A stretch of DNA of 64,000 nt from the NCBI GenBank assembly GCA_030141605.1, contig JAQGDQ010000064.1, forward strand, positions 681,087-745,086, given 5' to 3'. The position numbers and the translations under genes are program-made. Below, one piece after another: positions 24,701-38,400 of the stretch. Every line of letters starts with the position of its first letter. Position 1 is the stretch's first letter. The stretch is from Tubiluchus corallicola (lineage: Eukaryota; Animalia; Priapulida). The notes under the pieces were generated by a model. It was not told the origin of the DNA and did no database searches. It saw only the letters and a list, made by a program, of their open reading frames with translations.

Positions 24701-25888
24701 CACGCACGCACTCACACACAATTCATAAACAAAGCTTAAAAATTTGTTTTCCCGGTCGTTAAACAAAGAATTGAAGCAAATACGCAGATAACATTATGAA
24801 ATGTTTGAAAAAATAATTACAGCATTTGTAGTGCAGTAGCGTACAGTTCACTAGCTAAGCAAATGCGTAAATTAGGCCTACTTAATATCATTAAACAAAC
24901 AAATTGTACTGATATTGGGTATGCAATAACTGAAAACTTTGCCTTACACGTTGCTGCAATTTCAAGTAAAATCTGCAAATTTACAATTTGCTGTCTGCAT
25001 ATCTTCAAAAATTCACTGTCAGCAATGTGTAAAACTAGTGCAGATTATGCATCCACATGTCTGCAAAGCTGCTATCCTCAAATCTCTGATAAAGAATAAG
25101 AACTATCTTTTCCAGTTACACAAGTTCAACCAGGCGTGTGTAATGCTAAGTAACATAATTTCCACAGTTTTTTGGGACATTTCATTTTGTCCATGAAGCT
25201 TCTGTTGGAAAAAAATCAATAAAATCATTCCATCGATAAAGTGATTCCATCATAGCTAAACTGTCAACCACACACCCGAAGTAAAAAGGAGTATACGCGA
25301 GTTAAAGCAATCAAAATTAATAGTACATGTTCTGCATAATCGGAATAACATTTATACATACAAACTTGATTAAACGTGATTAACCTTTAGTCTCTAGAAA
25401 ACAACAGGAATGTAGCAACAGCTGCTTAGGTGAATTATCATAATTAACATGATCATATGCCCATTTACATCTATTGTCGACAGTGAACATGCAGAACTCT
25501 AAAATAAAAGAAATTTGCCTTCAAGACAGGTAAACATGCTAGTCATCCAGCAAAAAACTGGACACTGCTATGCCAGTGGTTTGTCATCACCACTTCCGAC
25601 CAACCAGCAATTATATCTCTACTAGTTCAAAACTCACAAGTGCGAATTATGGTAACAAATTACTATTTTCTGCACAGTATCAATAATCAATGTTGGAAGT
25701 TTACTGTAACAAATCTGTGATTGGCTGTGTGACAAGATATATAGCTGAATGTACACATATTTTGCGCATAAAGGGAAATATGCTGATGTGTATCGACATA
25801 TCAAAAATTCTCAAGAAAATATTATACCTATAATTATATAATACATATATGTTTATATAATAATATGTTTATATAATTATATAAAAAC

Positions 25889-26809
25889 CTATTGTATAAC
25901 ACATCCAGCTCGAATAGGTCGTACTTTAACGGCACTACGTCGAGCACTATCCACAGTATTAGCTAATAACATAGCAACTGTCATAGGCCCAACACCACCA
26001 GGTACAGGTGTAATCCAGGATGCTCTCTGTTTAGCACTGTCAAATTCTACATCTCCAACCAATCGTTGACCACTCTTTTTGCTTGCATCAGGAATCACAT
26101 TGATTCCACAATCAATTACAACAGCTCCTGGCTTGATCCAGTTACCTTTCACAAGACCAGATTTACCAGCAGCTACGACGACTAAATCAGCACGAGACAC
26201 GACCTCTGCCATGTCCTTCGTTCGAGTGTGACACGTTGTTACAGTAGCGTGATTCCACTTGAGAAGATCGGCCATTGGCGAGCCAACAATTTTACTTCTC
26301 CCAACTACAACAGCTTCAGCACCTTTTACTTCAAATTCACAATGCCGGATCAGCTCAAAGCTACCACGAGGAGTGCAAGGTATAAAACAATCACTCAAAT
26401 CTCCACGAGCTAGTTTTCCAGCATTTAAAGCATGTAAACCGTCGACATCTTTCTCAGGGGCCACTGCATTTGTAGCAGCATCGTCATCAATATCCTCTGT
26501 AGTATCAAGCGGAAGTTGCACAATGATGCCATGCACATTATCATCAGCATTTAATCTTTCAATTTCCTCTAGTAGAGTAACCTCATTTGTAGACCTTGGT
26601 AATTTCACATGCCACGTTCTCATTCCAATTTCATCAGCTGATTTTAGCTTAGATTTTATGTACACATTTGAATCTTTTCTGTCACCAACCTGAACAATAG
26701 CCAAACCTGGTACAACATCAGCATTAGATTTCTTTAAAAGTGCTACCTGTTCTGCCAGATCATTCTTCACCTTTTTTGCTACGAATTTTCCATCAATTAA
26801 CTGGGCCAT
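25889..26809 (-). CDS. MTHFD1: Methylenetetrahydrofolate dehydrogenase/cyclohydrolase (MTHFD1-type D/C domain only, FolD-like), single coding exon
   Basis: 306-aa ORF with YxxxK (VYIKSK), VHGIIVQLPL, PEKDVDG, NAGKLARGDL, FIPCTP, VVVGRSKIVG, NHATVTTCH, VIDCGIN, LVGDV, ITPVPGGVGPMTVAML. Closely follows the N-terminal ~300 aa of cytosolic C1-THF synthase and has no mitochondrial presequence. 5'UTR intron inferred: acceptor with exon start at 26836, donor AG|GTAAGT at 27222/27221. Confidence 0.92.
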   Translation of the reverse strand: MAQLIDGKFVAKKVKNDLAEQVALLKKSNADVVPGLAIVQVGDRKDSNVYIKSKLKSADEIGMRTWHVKLPRSTNEVTLLEEIERLNADDNVHGIIVQLPLDTTEDIDDDAATNAVAPEKDVDGLHALNAGKLARGDLSDCFIPCTPRGSFELIRHCEFEVKGAEAVVVGRSKIVGSPMADLLKWNHATVTTCHTRTKDMAEVVSRADLVVVAAGKSGLVKGNWIKPGAVVIDCGINVIPDASKKSGQRLVGDVEFDSAKQRASWITPVPGGVGPMTVAMLLANTVDSARRSAVKVRPIRAGCVIQ

Positions 26810-28027
26810 TTTGTTTGGATTGTTTGTCAGGTCAACCTAAAAAAAGTAAAAATAGATCAATAATGTAAACACAATGAAAAACAGCTTGCTTCGCAGGAAG
26901 CATTTTCAAATGGTAAACAAGACAAATTATAAATCTGCAATCACTAATAACTCGCTACCAGTACTGCTTGGCTGTTTATGTGCAAATACAATCAGCAACT
27001 AACGTTACACTAAAAACGAACTAATCTAGTATTAGTAACAATAATTACTAACATTTGTATCACGGCGAATACTATTGCCAACCAAAATCAAAGAACTGCC
27101 TTCAAGACAGCCTCTCATTTGAATTTAAGCACACAGCAAGTTTTTGAATCTTGCCACATCTTCCAAAACTGATTTAACATTTCTTCAGTGAAAGCAGTTC
27201 AAGCAGAGAAGGACAACTTACCTATTTCATCTATCGTCGTCCCGATGTTCAAGGTACCTGCGGCATGGCCATGTTACACCGTGTTTACGCAGTACACATT
27301 TTTTATTCTTCTACTTTTATTACCAACTTTTATTACCAATACCAAGAACAGATTATGGCTACACTACAGTACTCTGGAGCACTATTGTACAACAATATCT
27401 ATGCTAATCTGAAGTTTAAATCATCAAAAGCACAGCTTAGAACTGCAAACACTTTTAAATTGGTCGAATATGATATATCCCTTTAATTTAAATAACTTTT
27501 CTTAATTTTAAATGGACGTCAGATTGTTTAGGATTATTTATAATAGTGCGTTTTAGAACACTATAAATTTTATCTTTAGCCTTAAGCCTAGTTCTTTTCA
27601 ATAATCATTTAGTTTGCTTTGTTTGCACCTTGCAAAAGCAAAATTTGTATACAGTAACAGTATTGGGACTACATGTGTACAGAAGGCATAATAATGTCCA
27701 TGTGAGAGATCTACTATACCAAGTTGGATGGACACACAACAGAATATTGGACCAATCAGATTTTAACAAAATTAAATCATAGTCATTATTATTATTATTC
27801 TATCTGTATCCATCCTCACAGTAGTTGCAAAACAGTGGTGTTAACTTAATCAAGTTATTTTAATTTTACATACTATTAAAAAATAATAGTCTTTCTATTT
27901 TTTTATATCATTCCATATATGAGTTTCATTCATTACATCATTCCATTTTAAGCACTAACGTTTTTTTTATCACGATTCACTTTAAATTTTCAGATTATCT
28001 CCATTACTTTTTTTTTCTCTATCACTG

Positions 28028-28228
28028 TGTGGGACAATCTAACAAGCCCTGCTTTTTGATTGCCCACAACACATTTACATTCGTGTATAAGTAAATAGTG
28101 CTTGAGGCTTTTCTGAGCGGTATTTTTTATTTGTATTATATCCATTGTAGGCCCTTTCACTGATATTGTATATGTAACCTGTAAATGTGTATGGTGAAAT
28201 AAATGACTATGACTATGACTATGACTAT
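28028..28228 (+). mobile_element. Isolated LINE/SINE 3' terminus (stem-loop, AATAAA, (GACTAT)4 tail)
   Basis: Hairpin tgtggg-acaatc-...aagc cct gctt...-gattg-cccaca at 28028-28068; AATAAA at 28198 followed by four GACTAT units. Confidence 0.6.
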
Positions 28229-28703
28229 TATTTATTGTTATAGTTACCGTTGTTGTTGTTACTTTTTCTTATTATTTTTTATTTATTTTAACATTATTTC
28301 ATGCATTTGAAAATACAGTACATAGCATCATACAGATTAAAACAGTCAGCTATACTAGAAAATTACAATAGAAACTACTAAAATATTTACATATATAGAC
28401 ACACACCCAGACACAAGACATAAATATGCAAAACAGATCGTTAAGAAACAATTCACAGACGCAAAAAAAAACAATAAAAGTCACAGTTTTAAAAAGATGT
28501 TGGTCGCCTAGTGCAAAACAGTTTGCAGCAATAGGTATATAATATATAATTGTATTATGATATGCAGAGTAAACATACAGTTTTCTTATCAATTATAATT
28601 AGGTAGTTCTGCCAACCCGCATATATAAAGGACCCTGTTATCTTTTTTATAATGATTTCATAATTAGGAATATTAAAATTTACAAATTGTCAATTTATTT
28701 ACA

Positions 28704-28935
<232 letters not shown>

Positions 28936-30890
28936 ATGGACTGTTACAGTATAGCTTCTATAATCGTCAATATTTTAAGACATGAGTGCTGCAATTGCCA
29001 TAGTCATTTTAGATTTAGATTTATTATGTACAATGCCAATGATCAAAGTTTTTAAATCATCACCACAGGAAGACACATTAAGTCAACACTATAAGAAAAC
29101 GTGCACAGTGTTAAAAGAAGAAAAAATACCTATATGCAACCTATATGCAAGACAGGTATCGATTATGTCTGCACACATTCTCACATTTACAACCTCATAC
29201 ACATTTACTTGCTCACACAATCACATATACAACATAAACAATACTCACACATATTGTCTATATGCACATACAAATGGATAACACATACACACAAAACCTT
29301 ATACACAAACACTTACTCATATACCCACCAACAATATAACCAGTCGTTCATGGTTAATTGAACATTGACCTTTGAGTCCTCGTTTTAGATTTCATGTAAT
29401 TGGTTGGCAGAACATTAAATATTTTTGAATGTCCTCCTTTACTTTCTTTAATCAACCGCGAGAGACATGCAAACGATTGGAAAACTAAATCTGGTCACAT
29501 AAGTTTATTTTGCTTTAAGTATGTATTTCTTAATAGTCCTCGCTTAGCGACTCCCCATTTAGGGTCGTTTCGTTTTGTTTTGCGCAAAGCCGATTTTTAT
29601 TTTTTCAACAACTATTTACTTAATTTGATGTCTTTAAACATCAGGGAGCAAACTTTATGCCAAAGAATTTTGCCTGCAACCTGTTGCAATAGTACTCAGA
29701 CGGTATGTAGATAAAATTCATAAAGTGGCCCAGCACTTGGCTTTAACATTCAACACCGTTGAACAGTGTGTTTATTGTTCAACAGCGGTCTAGACTTAAA
29801 GTTAATTAAAGAGAAGCCATTAGCTAGGTAAGTCAGATATATGTGTGGTTTTGAGCAAGCAGAAAGAAACTAATTAGTAGAAACATGAGTAAAACTCACA
29901 AAATGTTTAATTTATATGATTTAAGCAGCATAGTTTAAACCTAAACTCTTAATATAGCTGCCTTAGGAAATAATGATCTGTTGAAGTTGTTATTATTTGG
30001 AAAAGATGAATTTAACTATGTTGCTAACTGTAAAATATACCAATGTATACATGATCTTATGCTACGTACTAAACGCTTCCAGTAGTCTCTATCTGATATA
30101 AAATGCATCAGTCTTAAATAATCGTACATTAATATTTTCTAACCGTCAATTTCTACTAATGTCTAATGTATTCTTGTAGTAAAACTTGTCAGCTTGTGTA
30201 GTTATAGTCTATTCTTACTGTAAATGTTCTTGTAAATAGTGTATAAAGTCTGTTGAGGTGAGGATCCTAAATCATGTTGTTCAGACTGTCTGATCCAATC
30301 CTAAATAAATTATGTTTAAACTAACCTAAACTCTGCCTTCCTTAAAGCCATCTCTACAGATGTCCTGGCTCTTTAGGAAACTTGCCTTAATTGATGAAAT
30401 TGCTTAATCTCCTTTCATATCTCTCGGATATTCATTACATTGTCGTTATGATCCTCAGTCATATGAATTATCTATATTTATTGAGAACTCGAGTTTCTTG
30501 TCTCTTTCTTGCTAGGTCTTGTCAATTTCGAGTTGCACTACTTCACTTTTTGCTATTTTCCTGTACTAATGCCCATCTACTTCATTCTGTTCTGTGGTTG
30601 GTTTATTATTGATATTAAAGCCTTATGGAGCCACCTACTGTTTTTTTGGTAGTTTTAACGGCGATCAAATAGAACCAAGTCTCCAATGTTTTACTCTAAT
30701 GTATGCAGCAGCAGCTGGCCACTTTGGCCCGGCTGTTATAATTGTTATAGATCACTTTAACAGACTTTAATTCATCTGTTTTAACTGCATGCAACCATTT
30801 TCATTGTAACGGTCAGCAAACATAATTGCAAATAATTAATTAAGGTATGTTTATAAAAGTGCATTAGCTGCATATTCCTGACACAGTTAA

Positions 30891-31319
30891 TAGGGGTGAG
30901 CATCGAACATTCGAGTTGGAACATTCGAATCGAATTCGAACGCTCGAATTCGATTCGAACGAGTTTTTTTAGTTTGAACTCCATCCGAATCCAAAACTAT
31001 AGATTCGAATACTTCAGTACTTCAATCACATATGTTCCTGATCATTAAAACAATTGAAACATCATGCAATTAGCATAAATTAGCTGTGATTTCTGCACAC
31101 AAGTTTTAACAAATTACTAGTCGTTTTATTGTAGAACAAAATCGAGTGATATGCATGATCTTTGTAAGACAAATTTTTACTGGTGGTTCGAAAACTTGTT
31201 CGAAAATCTTTCAATCTCCATTCGAATTCGAAACACTGAAGTTCGGTTCGATTCGAATTTTAAAGTCACAAATTCGGTTCGATTCGAATTCGCTTTCTGG
31301 TAGAGAATGCTCACCCCTA
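30891..31319. mobile_element. hAT-type MITE with TTCGAA subterminal repeats
   Basis: TIR TAGGGGTGAGCAT...ATGCTCACCCCTA; 8-bp TSD acagttaa/acaattaa (7 of 8 match); clusters of TTCGA(A) at both ends. Confidence 0.88.
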
Positions 31320-31838
31320 ACAATTAACTGAACAAAGCCATTTTATTTTCACTTGTTTTCCATCAGTTGTGCAGCTTTGTTGGTGAAATGAGGGGCATAT
31401 CGTAGATGCCTGTTCAAATATGATGATGCTGATAACGATGATGACAACTATAATTACATTTTATGACTTTATGATATATGTCGTATTATAGATTATTATT
31501 AATAAAATGAAAAAAACAAAGGTTTGCTGGTATAAAATTACTACTGTCGTTAACACTGCTCTTCATGTTGCAGAACAGTAGTATTTGAAAACCAACTATT
31601 ATTAATAATATTAACATACTATTTCTATGTTGGACGTTGGTACCGGTTTTTGAGTGTTAGTTACTGTGTTGGTCGCCAAAATTGCCTATATTACTAAAGG
31701 CCAATTATATGTTTACTAAATCTTCAACATGCGCATTAAAATTTGAGGCAAGTGGTGGCCGTCACTTTTTCAGTTTGTCGGTAATTGCAATTGGTTATGA
31801 GAATGTAAAATTAAGAGGGCTTGTAATTTGACTTAATA

Positions 31839-33887
31839 ATGTCGAAGTCAGCAAAGAACAAGACGAACACGGAAATTTTAGATCGCAACGATGTTCTTCA
31901 AGCGGTTGTAATTGCAGATAGTTTTGACGTCAGATTTGCACCGTTGACTGTAAAAAAACCTAGAGCTCTCTTGCCTCTGTTGAATGTTCCTCTCCTGGAC
32001 TATACGTTGTCTTTTTTAACAAACTCTGGAATTGAAGAAATTTTTATTTACTGTTGTCACATTGCTGAGGAAGTAAAGGCATACGTATCAGCCTTCACAA
32101 AGGCAAATGGATTACCGTGTGAGGTGACATGTATTGTTTCTGAGAATGTCATATCTGTAGGCGATTGTTTGCGAGATCTTGACGCAAAGGATCTAATTTC
32201 GTCGGATTTCATCCTTGTTCATGGAGATGTAGTTTCAAATATTTTGCTACTGCCGATTATCAAGGCTCACAAAGCAAGAAGGGAGAAAGAGAAATCTTGT
32301 GCAATGACTATTTTGAACACGAAAGCTTTTCCTGGTCATAGGAGTCGTTGCAAGGAGTCAGAGTGTACTGTAGCAGTTGATGCAACATCGAGCAAGCTTT
32401 TATTTTACCAGAATGTGTCAGCACACAAGCGTATTCAGTTTCCTTTACATATTTTCCAAGAGTATGGAGAAATAGAACTCCACCATGATTTGCTGGACTG
32501 TCAAATTAGTATTTGTTCCCCCACAGTTTGTCAGCTATTCACAGATAATTTTGACTACCAGACACGAGAAGATTTCATACGTGGAACATTGACAGCTGGG
32601 GAAGTGCATGGAAATACAATATACATTAGTCTAGTAGAAGATGAGTATGCTGCTCGTGTTTCAAATTTGTCAATGTATGATTCTGTTAGTAAAGATTTAC
32701 TAAGCCGCTGGGCATTTCCCATTGTGCCTGACTTATTTAGTTTGTCAGAAGATTCTCTTCCTTTTTGTTATGGAAGGCATAGTATTTACCTTCATCAGTG
32801 GGGAGTGAAACTTGCTAGGGGTTGCTGTATAGAGGACTGTGTAATGATAGGCAAGGGAACAACTGTTGGGAAAGATTCAGTCATTTCAAATTCAGTAATT
32901 GGTAGCAATTGTACTATTGAAAGCAATGTTGTTATTCACAATTCATACATTTGGAATGGTGTGACTATCAAACAAGACTGCAAAATTAACAAGGCCATTC
33001 TAGCTGATGAAGTCACCATACTGGATGGTGTTCTTATTCAGCCAGGCTGCGTTATATCATATGGTGTCAAGCTAGGTCCAAATATCTCATTACCGTGCTG
33101 TAGCAGATTAGTTGCTTCATCTTCAGAAGCACAAACTGTAGATGGTTTTAATGACGAGGTCAATAAAAGCATTTTAGACTCTCCAGACCTGGAAGTTGTT
33201 GGATCTAAAGGGATTGGATATTTATTACAATCTCAGCCTGTTATAAACAGTGATTCTGAAGAGGAAAAATTGGTAAAGGACACATGGGGCACGGATAATT
33301 TATGTCTTGATGACAGCGACGATAGCAGTGTTGCTAGTTTAGAAATTGAGGAAGAGACATTACCACCGAGCCCACCTGCAGATGATACAAAGTTATTTTA
33401 TAATGAAGTTTTGGACAGCTTGCAACGTGGCATAGATGAAAACGTCAACTGTGAAAATTTGATTCTTGAAATAAACTCTTCAAAGTATGCTTACAATGTT
33501 ACAATGAAAGAGTTGAACATTCATGTCATTAAAGCCATTTTAGAGACACCTCATTTGCGAGCCAGTTCTTACCTACAGCCACCTCAACTGTTCTCCTTGT
33601 TAAAGCCATTGTTAAGCAAGTTAAAACTTCTTTTGATGAACTATATTAAAAGTGCAGAGTCGCAATTAGATTGTTTACAAGCGCTTGAAGAGAGCTGTTT
33701 GCAGTGGGAAAGTCTGCTTTTTGTTTTAGCCAAAGTTATACATCTGCTCTATAACTTAGATATAATAGAGGAACAAGTGATTCATAGATGGTTCGGCGCT
33801 TGCAAAACCCAGCCAGTGAAATCTCAGGCAGAGCCATTTATTAAATGGCTACAGGAAGCTGAAGAAGAGAGCAGTGACTCTGACTAA
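31839..33887 (+). CDS. EIF2B5: Translation initiation factor eIF2B subunit epsilon, intronless
   Basis: 682-aa ORF: LQAVVIADSF...RFAPLT...PRALLPL nucleotidyltransferase-like domain, NF motif FTDNFDYQ, hexapeptide left-handed beta-helix repeats, LEINSSKYAYN, C-terminal W2 domain ending WLQEAEEESSDSD. Confidence 0.97.
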   Translation: MSKSAKNKTNTEILDRNDVLQAVVIADSFDVRFAPLTVKKPRALLPLLNVPLLDYTLSFLTNSGIEEIFIYCCHIAEEVKAYVSAFTKANGLPCEVTCIVSENVISVGDCLRDLDAKDLISSDFILVHGDVVSNILLLPIIKAHKARREKEKSCAMTILNTKAFPGHRSRCKESECTVAVDATSSKLLFYQNVSAHKRIQFPLHIFQEYGEIELHHDLLDCQISICSPTVCQLFTDNFDYQTREDFIRGTLTAGEVHGNTIYISLVEDEYAARVSNLSMYDSVSKDLLSRWAFPIVPDLFSLSEDSLPFCYGRHSIYLHQWGVKLARGCCIEDCVMIGKGTTVGKDSVISNSVIGSNCTIESNVVIHNSYIWNGVTIKQDCKINKAILADEVTILDGVLIQPGCVISYGVKLGPNISLPCCSRLVASSSEAQTVDGFNDEVNKSILDSPDLEVVGSKGIGYLLQSQPVINSDSEEEKLVKDTWGTDNLCLDDSDDSSVASLEIEEETLPPSPPADDTKLFYNEVLDSLQRGIDENVNCENLILEINSSKYAYNVTMKELNIHVIKAILETPHLRASSYLQPPQLFSLLKPLLSKLKLLLMNYIKSAESQLDCLQALEESCLQWESLLFVLAKVIHLLYNLDIIEEQVIHRWFGACKTQPVKSQAEPFIKWLQEAEEESSDSD

Positions 33888-35008
33888 CATATTAACTTAT
33901 AAAAACATATTTTGTTCTAAAAGCTTGATATCGTTTTGCTCAATGCTGTTATTGTGGGACAGGTTTCTGTGTAAAGTGCAAGTGCTAAGAAAGTTGCAAA
34001 CCATGTAATTTAGCATATTTTGCAAGTATTTTGTAGAAAGCTACAACATACTTTTACTTGGACAGTGACTGTGATGGTATAAGGTTCTGCCACCTAAATG
34101 GAAATACCATTAGTATGTTATGTTTATTCCACAGTGAAATTAAGGCATGTGGTGTGGAATGTAGGTTCACTTATTGTAAATGAGTGTAGAAACATTTCTC
34201 AATATTTTCAGTAAAATATCCTTATTTACTGTTACTTTTTAAAAATGAATACTAGTTCCAACAGTTGAGACTTCTGAATTTGGTGAATGTATTGCACCAC
34301 ATTTTTTGCAATGTTTACCATCCTGCATCCATTTTATAGTCCATATTATGCATATTCTGATTGAACAGACTTGCACAGCTGCAACCTTGATTCCACTTCG
34401 TATAGCTATTTGCATAATTAAATCTATAAGTCGTAGAAACTTTGAATGATTATGTTTCCCTAGTACGTGAATATTGTTTTACTGTAGATATAAATAGACT
34501 TGTTAAACATCAGTATATGTTTAAAATACAAAGCTGGATTGGGAGTAATAATTTTTTTTATTTTATCTTATTAAAGTACCATTTAGTTATTTTATATAGT
34601 ATTTTGTACTTTTATTACATAAATCACCAGTTATCTCTGTTGTGGTAATACTTATAATATTACGATAACAGGTTCATCGTAATTTCATTTCAACCTAGAG
34701 AAAACAAGCAGGTAAAAAATGCTGCAATTAAACAACACTACACAGCATGAAGCTTGATAGTAAAAAATAAACTAAACTAACAAGTACATCTAAAAGCTAA
34801 TAAAACTAACCATAATTAAGGTAAATGTATTATGACGCACAACAAGTAAAAAGTAAATAGTAAACATTTTTATTAAAGGTTGTGATGAATGAGAATGTTT
34901 TAATACGTTTTAAGCTTTGCATCAATTCAGCCAAAACAATTGAACAGATTAGCTGTTATGCAAGTTGAATTTGTAATTAGTGGAAGTTTAAACTTTGACA
35001 AAATTCTA

Positions 35009-35199
35009 AAAAGAAAAAAGAGCAGTTATCTATTTGTTGCCGAGAAAAAGCAGCCAATGTAGCCCTTTTTATAATTTTTTAATTTATAATGTGTTACCTG
35101 TAATAAAAGTTAATAAAAGCTAATATTGTTAATTTATAATTTAATTATTCACTGCTGCTTTTTCTGTGAAAGAAAAGGGATAACTGCTTTTCTTCTTTT
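35009..35199. repeat. Imperfect palindrome / MITE-like element
   Basis: aaagaaaaaagagcagttatc...agaaaaagcagc is mirrored by gctgctttttct...gataactgcttttcttcttt. Confidence 0.6.
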
Positions 35200-35419
35200 A
35201 TAATACAATTTTATAGAACAAATGATAACGTGAGAATATCATCAATGTCGACCTATTTATAATTTATTAATGATAAGTAAGTTTTAAAAATCTAGAAAGT
35301 ATAGATCCACTTAGGTCCCATGCAACAGTGCTGTTTGCTTGCATGTGTGTTTGTTTCTTTTGAATGTTTCTTCCATGTAAAAAAATAAAATAACATATTA
35401 CATGTCAAATTTAATAAAT

Positions 35420-38400
35420 GTACAAATAATTCAATACGACATTTTGACGAAGAAATGCAAACTATTCTTGAAAAAATTAACAAATCTGGTAAAAGAGCTT
35501 ATATTTGTCGCGATATTAATATTGATCTTCTAAAGCACGAGAAATCAAATTCTGTCAGCAATTACCTTAACACTATATTTGCGAATCAGTTTGTTCCCAT
35601 AATCACGCGACCAACAAGACTAACCAGCTCTTCACAAACTTTAATCGACCATATTTATACAAATGACCTAGATAATCCTATCACACCTGGAGCAATCATG
35701 TATCCAATTGGTGATCATTTGCCAATATTTGTAATCATCAAATCATCTTACAAATACGCAAAGAATTCATCTACTAAAGTCCAAGTTCGATGCACAAAAA
35801 ACTTCAGCAAGGCTGACTTTATGAATGAATTGACAAATTCCCTGTCCTCTATAAATCCTGGCAACTTAGATGTTGATTGCTGTACAGATTCGTTTTTCAC
35901 TTTATTCATCAATATTCTTAATAAACATGCTCCCATAAAAACTTTATCCAGAAAAGAGCAATCAACATTTAAGAAGCCGTGGATAACACCTATTTTAAAT
36001 TCTATTCGTAATCGCAGTAAAATGTATAAAACTCAAACTGTCTAACTCTACCCTAAGACAAAAACAGTACAGAAATTATGTCAATAAACTTAATCATGTT
36101 GAGGCCCAATCCAAGAAAAAATATTATCAAAATCTTATCAATAACAACAAGAATAATTTAAAAAAAGTTTGGACATCCTTAAATGAAATTCTTGGTAACA
36201 AAAAGAAAAATTTGGTTACTCCAACCAAAATTAGTGCAGGGACAAGCAAAATCACAGATCTTAAGCTAATAGCCAATAATGTCAACAATTTTTTACATCA
36301 GCTGGTGAAAACATGGCTAATAGCATTAACTCCTCTGCTGATCCTTATCAATTTCTTAGCCCAACCAATCAAAACTCAATTTTTTTAGTCCTGTCACCAT
36401 AGAAGAAATTACACGGCTTATATTAAAATTAGATATTAGTAAGGCTGCTGGTCCTGAGAAATAATAGATACTATTCGTTCTAATTTAGATAAAAAATTAA
36501 CAACTTGTGGCATATTTCTTGACCTTTCAAAGGCATTTGATACCGTACAATATCACATACTATTAATCAAACTCGAACATTATGGTATTAGGGGTACCCC
36601 ACTGGAACTACTAAAATCATACCTTACTAATCATAAACAATATACTTGCATAAACAACACCCACTCGGATATCACTAGCATAAGATGTGGAGTTCCCCAA
36701 GGTTCTACATTAGGTCCCCTTTTTTTCTTAATTTACATCAATGATTTGGCACATTGTTCTGATTTCCATGTCCAGTTATTTGTAGATGATGCGAACCTAT
36801 TTTTACATGGTACTAATCTTAGCCAGCTTCAACTCAAGACTAACAATGAACTAGACAAGATAGATACATGGATGAGGGCTTATAAGTTAACAATAAACTA
36901 TGAAAAAACAAAATATATGCTTATTTCTAGCCAAGCGTTTGATGCAAGTAATACTTTTAAACTGTTTATGGGGATCATGAATTAATTGCAGCCGATAATA
37001 TAAAATACTTAGGTTTGTACATTGATAATACATTGTCATGGAAAACTCAAATAAAATCAGTCACGTATAAACAATAAGCTCATTGGTCTTTTTGCTAAAG
37101 TGCGATATTTCTTAGACACCTTCATCTTACGAATGCTTTACTACTCGCTTGCATATCCTTATCTCCAGTATTGTATCCTGTGCTTTGGTACTGCAAAAAC
37201 ATCTGTCCTAAAACCACTCATTACGGCCCAGAATAAGATAGTGAAAATCATTACATTTAGCCCATATCGTGTTCATGCTACACCCTCTTATGTATAGCTT
37301 AAACTGTTAAAACTTAATGAAATTTACCAATTAGAGCTGGCTAAATTCATGTATCATTTTGTAAATAAGAACTTACCTGAACTATTCTCTAACTATTTTA
37401 CTACCATATCTGAAATCCATAACTACGAAACTAGATCTGCCACTCGTGGTCTATATTTTACGCCCAGATTCTGTACCACTCATGGATTAAGTACTATCAA
37501 ATATCAAGCTGTTAAATTCTGGAATTGTTTGAACAGCAACATTCTAACAGTATCTATATCTTGATCTCTAAACTTAAAAAGCAATTGCTATTAACTTACA
37601 CTGATTAATGTTAATCTCTTACTGAATTATATTCTATTTTCTTTACCTAACTTAATAATCCTAACTACATTAATATTCATAAAACTGAAAACACTACAGC
37701 ATGGCAAGAATCTGTGGCTCAGAAAATGTACCCTAATCCTCAATTAAATTTTTTTTGTCAATTATTGAATAACGAGCTACTGATTCGTGCTTTGAATGCT
37801 GTTACTTATAACTCTACAAATTAGTTAATCCACAGGCCATTACAGATATTATCTTAAATATCAGGAAATACTCTGCCCTTCTTCTCTTCTTTACAGCAGA
37901 GTAATTATTAAAGTCATACTGCAATACTATTTTATGAGTAAAGCTTCAGGTGTTGTTCACAGATTGCACAAGTCTTACCTCTCCTTTATAAAATTACTAA
38001 AACATCCTGTATAGCTAAATGTTTGTCTTATCAGTATATTGAGAATTACATTATTTAGTATTATTGTCCAAGTCAGTAGATTTGTACTTAATCAATAAGC
38101 CTAGAAATAATGAAGTTGAACTCAAATCAAAATGTATTTAACTCCTGTTGTTGATTAATTGCATTATTAACCCAAAGTGTTTTTATCATTTCATAACAAT
38201 TTTGACTTGCCTTCCACTCAATATCTAAATGCTATTTTTAGTTTAATCAAAATTGACCTTATTCTGTTGCCCACTAAATTAAAGTACATGTATTTTCTTG
38301 ATCTGGATTACTTAATTATACAGCAAATGGCATAATTTTAAAATTATTAATGTTTCCTAAATTTAACTGATAACATTAATGCCCACCAGTGTCTAAAAAT

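Noticed and set aside
26228-26693. Plus-strand ORFs overlapping the MTHFD gene; likewise 53592-53954, 15159-15608 and 14004-14318
   Set aside because: Antisense shadows of real coding or LINE sequence with no recognisable motifs.
25889-26809. Horizontal transfer of bacterial folD, suggested by the intronless stand-alone form
   Set aside because: Segments such as NAGKLARGDL-x-DCFIPCTP and LPLD-x(4)-I match animal MTHFD1 rather than bacterial FolD, and a spliceosomal 5'UTR intron is apparent.
30901-31290. CRISPR-like or heat-shock array of TTCGAA repeats
   Set aside because: These are subterminal repeats of a hAT MITE with TIRs and TSD; no repeat-spacer periodicity, and the context is eukaryotic.
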